Shown here: in pieces, positions 50,128 through 61,147 of the stretch
How the letters are laid out: each line of letters opens with the position of its first letter
How positions within the stretch are numbered: position 1 is the stretch's first letter
NCBI GenBank assembly: GCA_032718475.1
Contig: JAUCBJ010005792.1
Location: 12,890-76,889, forward strand
DNA length: 64,000 nucleotides
Origin: Nemertoderma westbladi
Taxonomy: Eukaryota > Animalia > Xenacoelomorpha
Direction of reading: 5' to 3'
The notes under the pieces: generated by a model
Told to the model about the DNA's origin: nothing
The model's input: the letters and a program-made list of their open reading frames with translations, nothing else
Databases searched by the model: none
Translations under genes and position numbers: made by a program

Positions 50128-50818
50128 AGAAGGCGGCGGGGTAAGGGAGTGTGGCATATTGTCATGCCACGAGTAGTAGTAGGGAGGTTGTGGGCACCGT
50201 AAGCGCCACGTAGAAGGATAGTAAGTAGAGAAGTTAGAAGGCGGCGGGGTAAGGGAGTGTGGCATATTGTCATGCCACGAGTAGTAGTAGGGGGGTCGTG
50301 GGCACCGGAAGCGCCACGTAGAAAGTAGCAGTGGTAGAGAGGTTGTGGGCACCGGAAGCGCCACGTAGAAAGTAGTAGTAAGAGAGGGGTTGTGGGCACC
50401 GGAAGCGCCACGTAGAAAGAAGTAGTAAGAGAGGGGTTGTGGGCACCGGAAGCGCCACGTAGAAAGTAGTAGTAGTGGAGTGGTTGTGGGCACCGTTAGC
50501 GCCACGTAGAAAGTAGTAAGAGAGGGGTTGTGGGCACCGGAAGCGCCACGTAGAAAGTAGTAGCAGGGAGTGGTTGTGGGCACCGCAAGCGCCACGTAGA
50601 TAGAGGTATTAGTGGAGGTGGAGATGTAGTAGAGTAGTAGAGGGTAGATAGTAGAGTGGTTGTGGGTACCACAAGCGCCACGTAGATAGAGGGTTTTAGT
50701 TAGAGTTAGTAGTAGAGTGGTTGTGGGCACCGTTAGCGCCACGTAGATGGAGATAGAGTTAGTAAGAGGGTACGTAGTACCGGTTGTGGTTGTGGGCACC
50801 GTTAGCGCCACGTAGATA
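50128..50818 (+). repeat. Interspersed hairpin array in the BEL 3' internal region (second copy ~52257-52947)
   Basis: 11x GTTGTGGGCACCGNNAGCGCCACGTAGA plus 2x GTGGCATATTGTCATGCCAC, separated by variable, nearly C-free linkers. Confidence 0.92.
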
Positions 50819-53800
50819 GAGATAGAGTTAGTTGGAGGATTTTAGTTAGAGTTAGAAAAGAGTTAGTAGACTTAGCAGAAAGTTAGAGAGTTCTAGTTAG
50901 AGTTAGTAGAAAGTTAGAGGCTTTTAGTTAGAGCTAAAAGTAGTAAGAGTTAGCAGAGAGCAGAGTTAGTAGTTAGTAGAGTTAGATAGTTAGAGTTAGT
51001 AAGTTAGATAAGGTAGATAGTATGATAGCACAGGGGTAGCATTAGAGGTCAGGGCCTTAGAGAGTGGCAGAGAGTAGAGAGGAGATAGTGAGAAGAGCTG
51101 TTGGCGAGAAGTTAGAGTGCGATTCAGGTGTGGGGAGAGTGTAAGAGTGGGGAGAGAGCGAGTTGAGTCAGAGAGCGGAGTTAGAGTGGTGAGAGTGTTG
51201 GGGAAACAAAAATTGTGTGAGAGAAGCGCACGATCGGCCCGACACGAGACGCCAGAGGGTAGTGACATCATACCCATAGGGAGCGGCCTGGAAAGCCGAC
51301 TCCGAAAAAATAGACCCACCCCACACCCGATAATAGATCGGGATCCAGCGGAATTGTAGCGCACTTGAGTTGGATGCTATCTTCTTACCGGGAAGATAGC
51401 ATGGGGGGGAGTGTTAGCTTATCCAATTCCGCTTAACACAAACCCATAGAGTGAGCCATAAAGCAATATTGGGAGCACGAGGTTGATTACCAATCAACCT
51501 CGTGTCAGCCCAGTAAACGGGGACAATAGGCCCCAAAGGAGACACACACAATAAGGGTCAGGGGCCAAACCCCTAACCGAGAGAGAACACAGGGAGTGAA
51601 GGGAAACACTCCAAAGGGTGCCAACAGGGATATCAACCAATCAGAGGGGGGAAAGGCATCGATTGAGTAGCAATAAGGCCACCGTGCAATATAACCAGTA
51701 ACCTGTAATCATTCATTCAGTTTACTCAGTCAGATCAGTAGGGTGGAACGGGGACTTCTGTCACCGTCCGCTACCGCCATTATATATTACCTGTTGTGTC
51801 ATACTATACTATATCAACTATCAGACTATTATACCTTTATACATATTACCCAACATCAGAACTCTTTTACCTTTCACACACGGCGGGGACGCGTGGATAG
51901 AAAACCCAACGGGTAAACCGGGATCCGTAGATCCCGTCACAGTGACAGAAAGTGGGGTGGTGAAAGGGGGAGAGCCAATCCCTGGTCAGGTGGAATTGGC
52001 GAAGAGGGTGTGGCAAAGAGTAAGAGGACATATAGGAGGGCAGTGGGAGTGTGCCAACTGGAAGAAGGGGCACCTTAGAGTTTAGTCGTCCAAGGTTTTG
52101 GACTGAGGGGGGTGGGAATGAGGGCGAGACGAGACGCCCTTCCCACAAGAAAATTAATTATTTAATTAAAAATAAATAATAAAAATAATTAAATAATAGT
52201 TAGAAGAGATAGTAAGTAGTAGAACAGGAGATAAGTTAGTAGAAGGAGAGTAAGTTAGAAGGCGGCGGGGTAAGGGAGTGTGGCATATTGTCATGCCACG
52301 AGTAGTAGTAGGGAGGTTGTGGGCACCGTAAGCGCCACGTAGAAGGATAGTAAGTAGAGAAGTTAGAAGGCGGCGGGGTAAGGGAGTGTGGCATATTGTC
52401 ATGCCACGAGTAGTAGTAGGGGGGTCGTGGGCACCGGAAGCGCCACGTAGAAAGTAGCAGTGGTAGAGAGGTTGTGGGCACCGGAAGCGCCACGTAGAAA
52501 GTAGTAGTAAGAGAGGGGTTGTGGGCACCGGAAGCGCCACGTAGAAAGAAGTAGTAAGAGAGGGGTTGTGGGCACCGGAAGCGCCACGTAGAAAGTAGTA
52601 GTAGTGGAGTGGTTGTGGGCACCGTTAGCGCCACGTAGAAAGTAGTAAGAGAGGGGTTGTGAGCACCGGAAGCGCCACGTAGAAAGTAGTAGCAGGGAGT
52701 GGTTGTGGGCACCGCAAGCGCCACGTAGATAGAGGTATTAGTGGAGGTGGAGATGTAGTAGAGTAGTAGAGGGTAGATAGTAGAGTGATTGTGGGTACCA
52801 CAAGCGCCACGTAGATAGAGGGTTTTAGTTAGAGTTAGTAGTAGAGTGGTTGTGGGCACCGTTAGCGCCACGTAGATGGAGATAGAGTTAGTAAGAGGGT
52901 ACGTAGTACCGGTTGTGGTTGTGGGCACCGTTAGCGCCACGTAGATAGAGATAGAGTTAGTTGGAGGATTTTAGTTAGAGTTAGAAAAGAGTTAGTAGAC
53001 TTAGCAGAAAGTTAGAGAGTTCTAGTTAGAGTTAGTAGAAAGTTAGAGGCTTTTAGTTAGAGCTAAAAGTAGTAAGAGTTAGCAGAGAGCAGAGTTAGTA
53101 GTTAGTAGAGTTAGATAGTTAGAGTTAGTAAGTTAGATAAGGTAGATAGTATGATAGCACAGGGGTAGCATTAGAGGTCAGGGCCTTAGAGAGTGGCAGA
53201 GAGTAGAGAGGAGATAGTGAGAAGAGCTGTTGGCGAGAAGTTAGAGTGCGATTCAGGTGTGGGGAGAGTGTAAGAGTGGGGAGAGAGCGAGTTGAGTCAG
53301 AGAGCGGAGTTAGAGTGGTGAGAGTGTTGGGGAAACAAAAATTGTGTGAGAGAAGCGCACGATCGGCCCGACACGAGACGCCAGAGGGTAGTGACATCAT
53401 ACCCATAGGGAGCGGCCTGGAAAGCCGACTCCGAAAAAATAGACCCACCCCACACCCGATAATAGATCGGGATCCAGCGGAATTGTAGCGCACTTGAGTT
53501 GGATGCTATCTTCTTACCGGGAAGATAGCATGGGGGGGAGTGTTAGCTTATCCAATTCCGCTAACACAAACCCATAGAGTGAGCCATAAAGCAATATTGG
53601 GAGCACGAGGTTGATTACCAATCAACCTCGTGTCAGCCCAGTAAACGGGGACAATAGGCCCCAAAGGAGACACACACAATAAGGGTCAGGGGCCAAACCC
53701 CTAACCGAGAGAGAACACAGGGAGTGAAGGGAAACACTCCAAAGGGTGCCAACAGGGATATCAACCAATCAGAGGGGGGAAAGGCATCGATTGAGTAGCA

Positions 53801-54076
53801 ATAAGGCCACCGTGCAATATAACCAGTAACCTGTAATCATTCATTCAGTTTACTCAGTCAGATCAGTAGGGTGGAACGGGGACTTCTGTCACCGTCCGCT
53901 ACCGCCATTATATATTACCTGTTGTGTCATACTATACTATATATCAACTATCAGACTATTATACCTTTATACATATTACCCAACATCAGAACTCCTTTAC
54001 CTTTCACACACGGCGGGGACGCGTGGATAGAAAACCCAACGGATAAACCGGGATCCGTAGATCCCGTCACAAATAT

Positions 54077-54306
54077 ATTCCCAATGTGTGGCAGGGTTAA
54101 CTAAGAGCATTATTTCTTCACGCAGTGTCGATGAACAACAAAGAAAGAAAGCGTTGAGGAGGAAGAAGTCCAAGTCGAATTTGTTAATTTCTTGGTTTTC
54201 CCCGCCCAAGACACACACATCTGTTCGACAATTGAAACAATGCTTGAAGATGGTTCTTAAGAATAAAGACCACGTATTTGGTCAGCATGTGTATAACTTT
54301 ATACAA
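54077..54306 (+). CDS. RIN/Sprint-like gene, 3' part of the interrupted exon (start of RIN-homology region)
   Basis: ...RRKKSKSNLLISWFSPP...VLKNKDHVFGQHVYNFIQ, CAA|GTTAGT donor; resembles the Sprint/RIN segment preceding the helical bundle. Confidence 0.8.
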
Positions 54307-54885
54307 GTTAGTACCGGCAGCAGTAACAGTATAGTATACAGCAGCAGTAGTAACGGTAGCCTATACAATGTAATTAAATTTATTTCATGGACCAAAGAAC
54401 AAAGAAATCGACCTAATATTCTTAATAAACTGAGGAAGTTTTATATTTTATTGTACAGGAGGATATTTTAATGTTAAGCGGTTCAATCGCCATAATCCAA
54501 ATTGTATTTGATTAATCAATTTATGTGTCGTGTTTATTTGTTTGTTTACTTGTTTGTTTACTTGGTTGTTTACAATTATCGATATGATCCGCCTTCTGTA
54601 TTGCAGCTGCACAATGAGATGCTATGTCAGCTTTACAAAAACATTTGTGCCACCACCATGCAATCTACAATGGCTTGCTGTGATGCAGCATGCATTAAGA
54701 ATGCTATGCTGGCTTATCAACAAAATTTCGCCACATATCCTCCGTGACTTTCGCCGGACCATCCGCATCTTCAAAAGCAGTCAGTGTCATAAGAAGATGC
54801 GTCTCAAGAAAGTCATGGGCTGTCCACCATGCTTATTTTCTATATTTATTATCGGTACTAATAAAACTAATCTAATAACTAAATA

Positions 54886-57800
54886 CTACTACTACTAGGT
54901 CGAGCGAACTCGGACAGTGGAAATGAGATCCTTCCAGGCTTCCCGATTCTCCATAGTTGTCGCAATTTCGTTTCTCCCAAGTTCAGTATCCCTTTCAAGG
55001 GATCTATATATGTTATGGCAGGTCGTCCACGATTACGCTTTCCATGAGTTGGTTGCCAGAGAAGTAGATCTGGTATGACCTCGTCTTTACTTCGCCAGCA
55101 GTGCCCACTGAATCTTAATCTGCGTTCACGGAGGGTGGTTGATACAGGTGGTATTGTACCATAAAGCTCGGCGTTTGTCATGTGTTGTCTCCAGCTGATG
55201 TTTAGGGCTGCCCTTAGTAGTCTTGTGTAGCAACCATCAATTCGTTGTTCAAGTGATTTAGTCAGTGTCCAGGTCTCACTGCCGTATAAAAATACACTTT
55301 CCACTGTGGCTCGAAAGAACTTAGTCTTCAGGTGCCTGGAGAGATCTGATTTCCAGATGGTATCCATTTTTGATAGAGCTACCCAAGCCTTTGCTTTCCT
55401 AACTTCTATGTCCTTTTTGCTACTCTCTATCCATGATCCAAGGTACTGGAAGTCATCGACCTTCCTTAGTTGATTATTATCAATGGTTGTCAAGTTTCCA
55501 TCAACATTAAAGGTCATGAATTCGGTCTTGGTAGCATTTTTATGCATCCAACCTCCTTAGCAGCCCTCTCCACTTTATTTAGTAGAAGCTGTGCATCTGC
55601 TAGCGTATTAGAGAGCAGGGCGATGTCATCCGCAAAGTCGGTGTCTGTGACTGTAGTTGCCGGATATCTACTACTTCTGCGTTCTTGAAGTGTGAATCCC
55701 AGATCTTCACCCTTTGTGGCCGTCCTCATTGCGTAATCCAGCACAATTACAAATAGTAATGGTGCTAATGTGTCACCTTGCAGTACGCCAGCCAGGATTG
55801 AGAAAAACTCAGTTTCACCATCTGGTGAGAGTACCTGCGCTTCTGTGTCACAATATAACAATCCAATGCCAGCAACAATTACTTCTGGTATTCCATAAGC
55901 TCTTAGGATTTCAAGCATTTTACCTCTATGGATGGAGTCGAATGCCTTCTTGAAGTCCACAAAAGTCATGACTGCGGGGAGATTCTTTGACTTAATTCCT
56001 TCAATCAGTCTCCGTAGTGCAAGTATCTGAGCTATTGTTGATCTACTTGGTCGAAATCCGTTTTGGCTCTTACGCAGTAGTTTCTCTATGTGAGGCCTAA
56101 TCCTATATAGAATCATTTTATTGTATATTTTGGCAGCTACCACAAGCAGACAGATCCCACGATAGTTTGTTGGTATGCCGAGGTCTCCTTTCTTGGGGAG
56201 AGGCTTTAGTTGACCTTTAGTCCAAATTGGTGGTGGCTTTTCCCCTTTTAACATCCGGTTGCAAACATTCAATAATGGTCTATTTAGCACTCCGGTTTTC
56301 CATACCTCCGCTGGGATTTCATCTAATCCACTCGCTTTATTATTGGACATGCTTTTAATGCTTCTTTGGAGTTCGGCAGGTGTGAAGTCCCCTGTTTCTA
56401 TAGGTAGTGTCTTGTCATATATTTTCCTTGTGGGGCTGACCTCGATGTTTGGTGGCTGCCCAAGCAAGTTGCTGAAGTGATTTTTCCACTTCCCAACACG
56501 TTCTTCAGGACTATCGGCTTTGAGGCGCCCCTTTGCACAACTTTTCCGACCAGATACCTCATTTACAGTTTGCCAGGTAAGTCTTGATTGTTGCTGTATG
56601 TGAGCAGTTGTAATTGCTTCAGTTTTATCCTGTATGTACTTTTCCTGGCTGATGTTGTAGGCCAATTTAAGATCGTCCTTAGCTTTCTCAACCTTGTTAA
56701 TGTTTTCGGTTGTTGGTTGTTCGGTTTTAACTTTGTAGGCTATCTTAAGATCTTCTCTCTTACAAGTAACCTCAGAGTTTTGCCATGGCACATACTGTTT
56801 TCGTTTAGGTTTCTGGGGGATATGCCTCTTAGCTGATTCCTTGTGGGCTGTTATTATATTCTGGTATATTGAATCGGTGGATTGGTCTTCATCCATTGAC
56901 TGAAGTGCTTCAAAGCGGTTTTGAACTTCTACTGTATAAGCATCCTTTACAGCATTGTCAGTTCTGAGTTTCTCCCAGTCATAGTTGATTTGCTTGCTTG
57001 TCCTGGGTTTGCTGGCTCTCAAACTGAGTCTGATCTCTGCAGTCACAATTCTGTGGTCCATCAGTTCCATTAGGGTATTGAAAGGTCCATAGCTTCCCCT
57101 TACTCTTTTCGAATGTGTTGTTTGTTGGTATCAATTCACATTCTTCCATTAGGTCTAAAAGTAAGTACCCATTTCTGTTAGAACTGGTGTTATAGGTGTA
57201 ACCCTTGATGTCTTCTGGGCCAATTTGCGCATTCAGGTCACCAGCAATGACTTTAACATTGTGTTTCGGGATGTCCTTAATAAGTCCAGTCAGTTCTTCA
57301 TAAAACTTGACTGCTTGTTCTGGCTCTGATGCATTGGTTGGACTGTAGCAACATATAACTGTTGTCTTGGGATTCCCCTCAAATGTTGCGACCATAACCC
57401 TGGAATTTATAGATTCGATGTTGTTTAGGGTCTTAAGTGCAAATGGGCTTAGCAGAATTCCTACTCCACCGATTGATGCATTGGCCGAGTTTCTTACTGC
57501 TGAGCTTGTTACTAACGTCCATCCATTTCCAATGTCATTGTACTTCATGGCAGTGTCTTCATGACAAATCCGATGTTCTTGGATGCAGATGATGTCGATG
57601 TTATATTCCATTGCCAGAGCGACCATGTCACCCTGTTTGCTCTGTGCTTTCAGCGTGCGTGCGTTCATTGTAGCAATCTTTAGTGTCTTTTTACATTTCA
57701 ACAGGTTGGTTCTTCTTTCTTCTCTGTCTTCTGTTCCAGTAGCCAATTTATCGACCCCAGCCTGGTGTACCACTGAGGGACGCGGTCCTTGTTGACCCGG

Positions 57801-58335
57801 GCGACGACCGAGCCGGTATTTCTCCTGGAGGGTTCTCATACTCATATCTTTCAGTTGCGGGAGTAAACCGCTTGTGGTCGCAACTCCTACAAGCGTCTTC
57901 GCAGTAGGTCGCCGTTGCTTGATTACCTTCCGCCGACCTTGTCAGCATGTCTAGCCGTTGGTTCATTACCTTCCGCCTATCCATGGCCTACAGCCCTGCT
58001 GCCGACTGTAGGGGTCCATTTGTTACACCCTGAACCAAGTGTGCCTCCTGGGTTAGGTTACCTAACACTGGTAGAGGAGCATCCAGTATAGACAGGGCGG
58101 GGCTTGTATCATCACTAATGCAGATGCGTATCAAGCCTTTGCCTTCAATGGTGCCCTAGGCGCTATAGCCCTCAATGACTTATTTAGTTGACGGGGCTGA
58201 ACCAACCCACTCTTGATCAACTAAATAATGAATAGGCTATGCTTATCGGGCCTGCCCTACTGGGCTGACAGCTACAGGTAGTACCACATTACTGCCATAG
58301 TGGTAGCAGGATCTGGGGACCTGACCTGACCTGAC
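54886..58335 (-). mobile_element. Near-full-length RTE-clade LINE (family B)
   Basis: APE (TMNARTL, ICIQEHR, CYSPT, GDLNAQIG) and RT (QNGFR, FVDFKKAFDSI, GVLQGDTLAP, DFADD, YLGS) in three frameshifted ORFs; (TAG)n tail; 14-bp TSD CTAATAACTAAATA (54872-54885, 58336-58349). Confidence 0.95.
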
Positions 58336-58887
58336 CTAATAACTAAATAAACAGGTGTTTTGTTTCATCACTAGCTTAGTAACCCCCAATCATCACTCAC
58401 CCCTCCTGTAGCGCTGTAGGTCAGTTTCCTACAAGCTTTGCTTTCCGACTGACCTTCATTACCATACACCCAAATAACACGTCTGCGCTATTTAAAATAT
58501 GTGCTTTATTATGTATTTTGTATTTGGGTGCTGTGTCTTATTTTTGAATTAAATTTTCGTTCAACATACGGTATTCATTCCATGAGGCTGCCAAAGCACA
58601 AGATTGCGCACAGGCTGGTCCTCACAATGTCCTGCAAAGCGGAGGCGACTTTGTTCTAGTGTCAAGCTTGGGGGAACCAATGAGAAACCTCCAATGTTAT
58701 ATAAGGTCTGGTTGCGAAGATTGTGCATTGTACTTGACCTGTGAACCCGGCGTTTACAATTATACTGTTGTCATTAAATCACCAGGCAATAATTACAGTA
58801 TAGTCATGCTAATGGTCTGTTAGTTATTATATTTGTAGTTAATGATGTCTCTATTTTTTTTTAGTATGTTGATGTGTTATATTTTAG

Positions 58888-59034
58888 TGTACAACTGAGA
58901 GCGCAGTAACAGACCCGCAGTTTGTCATGCAAAATATACGCCAATTCGTTGTTGGAATGGCCAATTATATACCACGACAGCGAACGGGTGAATTAACCGT
59001 AGTCATGCACAATCTACAATCCCAATGGAACAAG
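58888..59034 (+). CDS. RIN/Sprint-like gene, exon (helical bundle)
   Basis: TTTTAG acceptor, AAG|GTTGGT donor; CTTESAVTDPQFVMQNIRQFVVGMANYI matches the Sprint/RIN motif (recalled as PQVVMRNMRQFMSGMKNYL); phase 0-0. Confidence 0.9.
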
Positions 59035-59146
59035 GTTGGTCTTTAGTAGGCGAAGTTTTATCATATAATATCTTTTTATTTTAGCTGTAAGTTATTTTAG
59101 TTTTACTTTATATTATTAACCTCGTTGACTCAATAACTGGACCAGG

Positions 59147-60490
59147 GCAGCAGCATGATCTGGTGGAGACAATCCTGGGTTTCCATTCGTTTAGGAGGCC
59201 CTGGTTCGATTCCTATAAAGGCAGCAATCTATAGGCGCTGCACTTTAAATGCTGCGGACTAAAGTAAACTTTCCTCCTTGACTGTTCGATAAATGGGAAT
59301 CAAGGCAACTTGGGAAACATAGTGGAAGGGATTACTGTGGAAGATTACACACGGTGGTGAACAGGCATTCCTTTAGGAAACAGAGTGGAAGGGTTTATTG
59401 TGGAAGATCATCCATGGTGGTGAACAGGCATTCCTTTAGGAAACAGAGTGGAAGGGTTTACTGTGGAAGATCACCCATGGTGGTGAACAGGCATTCCTTT
59501 AGGAAACAGAGTGGAAGGGTTTACTGTGGAAGATCACCCATGGTGGTGAACAGGCATTCCTTTAGGAAACAGAGTGGAAGAGTTTACTATGGAAAATTAC
59601 CCATGGTGGTGAACAGGCATTTATTTAGGAAACAGTGGAAGGGTTTAATGTGGAAGATCACCATGGTGGTGAACAGACATTTCTTTAGGAACAGAATGGA
59701 AGGGTTTGCTGTGGAAGATCACCCATGGTGGTGAACAGGCATTCCTTTAGGAAACAGAGTGGAAGAGTTTACTGTGGAAGATCACCCATGGTGGTGAACA
59801 GGCATTCCTTTAGGAAACAGAGTGGAAGAGTTTACTATGGAAAATTACCCATGGTGGTGAACAGGCATTCCTTTAGCAAACAGAGTGGAAGGGTTTACTG
59901 TGGAAGATCACCCATGGTGGTGAACAGGCATTCCTTTAGGAAACAGAGTGGAAGAGTTTACTATGGAAAATTACCCATGGTGGTGAACAGGCATTCCTTT
60001 AGCAAACAGAGTGGAAGGGTTTACTGTGGAAAATTACCCATGGTGGTGAACAGGCTTTTATTTAGGAAACAGTGGAAGGGTTTAATGTGGAAGATCACCA
60101 TGGTGGTGAACAGACATTTCTTTAGGAACAGAGTGGATGGGTTTACTGTGAAAGATCACATTTGGTGATGAACAGGCATTTCTTTAGGAAACAGAGTGGA
60201 AACGTTTACTGTAGAAGATCACCCATGGTGGTGAACAGGCATTCCTTTAGGAAACAGAGTGGAAGAGTTTACTATGGAAAATTACCCATGGTGGTGAACA
60301 TGCATTTATTTAGGAAACAGTGGAAGGGTTTAATGTGGAAGATCACCATGGTGGTGAACAGACATTTCTTTAGGAACAGAGTGGATGGGTTTACTGTGAA
60401 AGATCACCTTTGGTGATGAACAGGCATTTCTTTAGGAAACAGAGTGGAAACGTTTACTGTAGAAGATCACCCATGGTGGTGAACAGGCAT
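59147..60490 (+). repeat. tRNA-like head plus 63-bp satellite cassette, without foldback TIRs
   Basis: Head GCAGCAGCATGATCTGGTGG...GGTTCGATTCC similar to 14604-14680; the same 63-bp unit from ~59310. Confidence 0.9.
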
Positions 60491-60713
60491 ATTCCTTGGC
60501 TTAAAGAGCCTAAAAGATTATCCCATTTGTAACTAAAATCGTATTTTAAACAAGAGCCATTAATACATGAAACCGTTCTAATAAAAGTAATTTATATCTT
60601 TTCGCTTGGTAATATAAGTGCCTAAATATTCGGTTTTAAAGGTGGACCCAAATCATAAAAGTCTATTATATTGCCTTCTTCGGGTGTAAAATATACCAAC
60701 CTTTGATTTATAG

Positions 60714-60899
60714 TCTAAACACAAGGACGCATCAAACGTATGTCAAGTTGTTGAAGATTGCCTGCTGTCTGTTGTCCTTGTGAAGTTGCACAGCCATATA
60801 TACCGACTACTACTCAAACAGTACAGTTCTGATCTCCAACAAATTCGAGAAAACATTATCTACGCAACGGAATTTACGGCGTCTCAAATGGGAGTTAGT
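60714..60899 (+). CDS. RIN/Sprint-like gene, exon
   Basis: TTATAG acceptor, AGT|GTGAGT donor; VVEDCLLSVVLVKLHSHIYRLL...LQQIRENIIYATEFTASQMGV; phase 0-0. Confidence 0.9.
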
Positions 60900-61005
60900 G
60901 TGAGTCCCTAATGCATTTCACTCTGTCTTTAATAATATTGTTTCTTAATTCAGGTTTCTGCTTATACTTATTGTTGAAATAATTATTTTTTTATTAATGT
61001 TACAG

Positions 61006-61147
61006 ATACCGCCAACACCTCAACAAATGCTCACCATCAGTCACATACTCAATGGAATACCCAAAGCGTACAACCCGAATAAGAAACGAGATCAATTATT
61101 GAGACTCGTTGAACATATGGTTGGAAATTACTGCATGGGAGCTGATG
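61006..61147 (+). CDS. RIN/Sprint-like gene, exon starting the VPS9 domain
   Basis: TTACAG acceptor, G|GTACGT donor; IPPTPQQMLTISHILNGIPKAYNPNKKRDQLLRLVEHM...MGAD matches VPS9 Y-x-P-x-K-K and the GAD(D/E) motif. Confidence 0.9.

Larger units (their letters stand above)
44393..54071 (+). mobile_element. Three-LTR BEL/Pao composite, non-autonomous
   Basis: LTRs TGTTAGC...GTCACA at 44393-44928, 51412-51941 and 53541-54071; 5-bp TSD AATAT (44388-44392, 54072-54076); G-rich PPT before LTR2 and LTR3. Confidence 0.95.

Noticed and set aside
50037-50811. Antisense env-like ORFs in the BEL 3' region
   Set aside because: Open only because the repeat array is compositionally biased; no signal peptide or fusion-protein motifs.
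50128-50818. True CRISPR array
   Set aside because: Eukaryotic context inside an LTR element, no cas genes, and the spacers are related low-complexity A/G/T tracts of uneven length rather than unique acquired sequences.
51942-54071. Assembly duplication of the element's 3' end
   Set aside because: The copies differ by several SNPs/indels and the junction carries the post-LTR 9-mer, which a simple duplication would not generate; long reads are still needed to exclude it fully.
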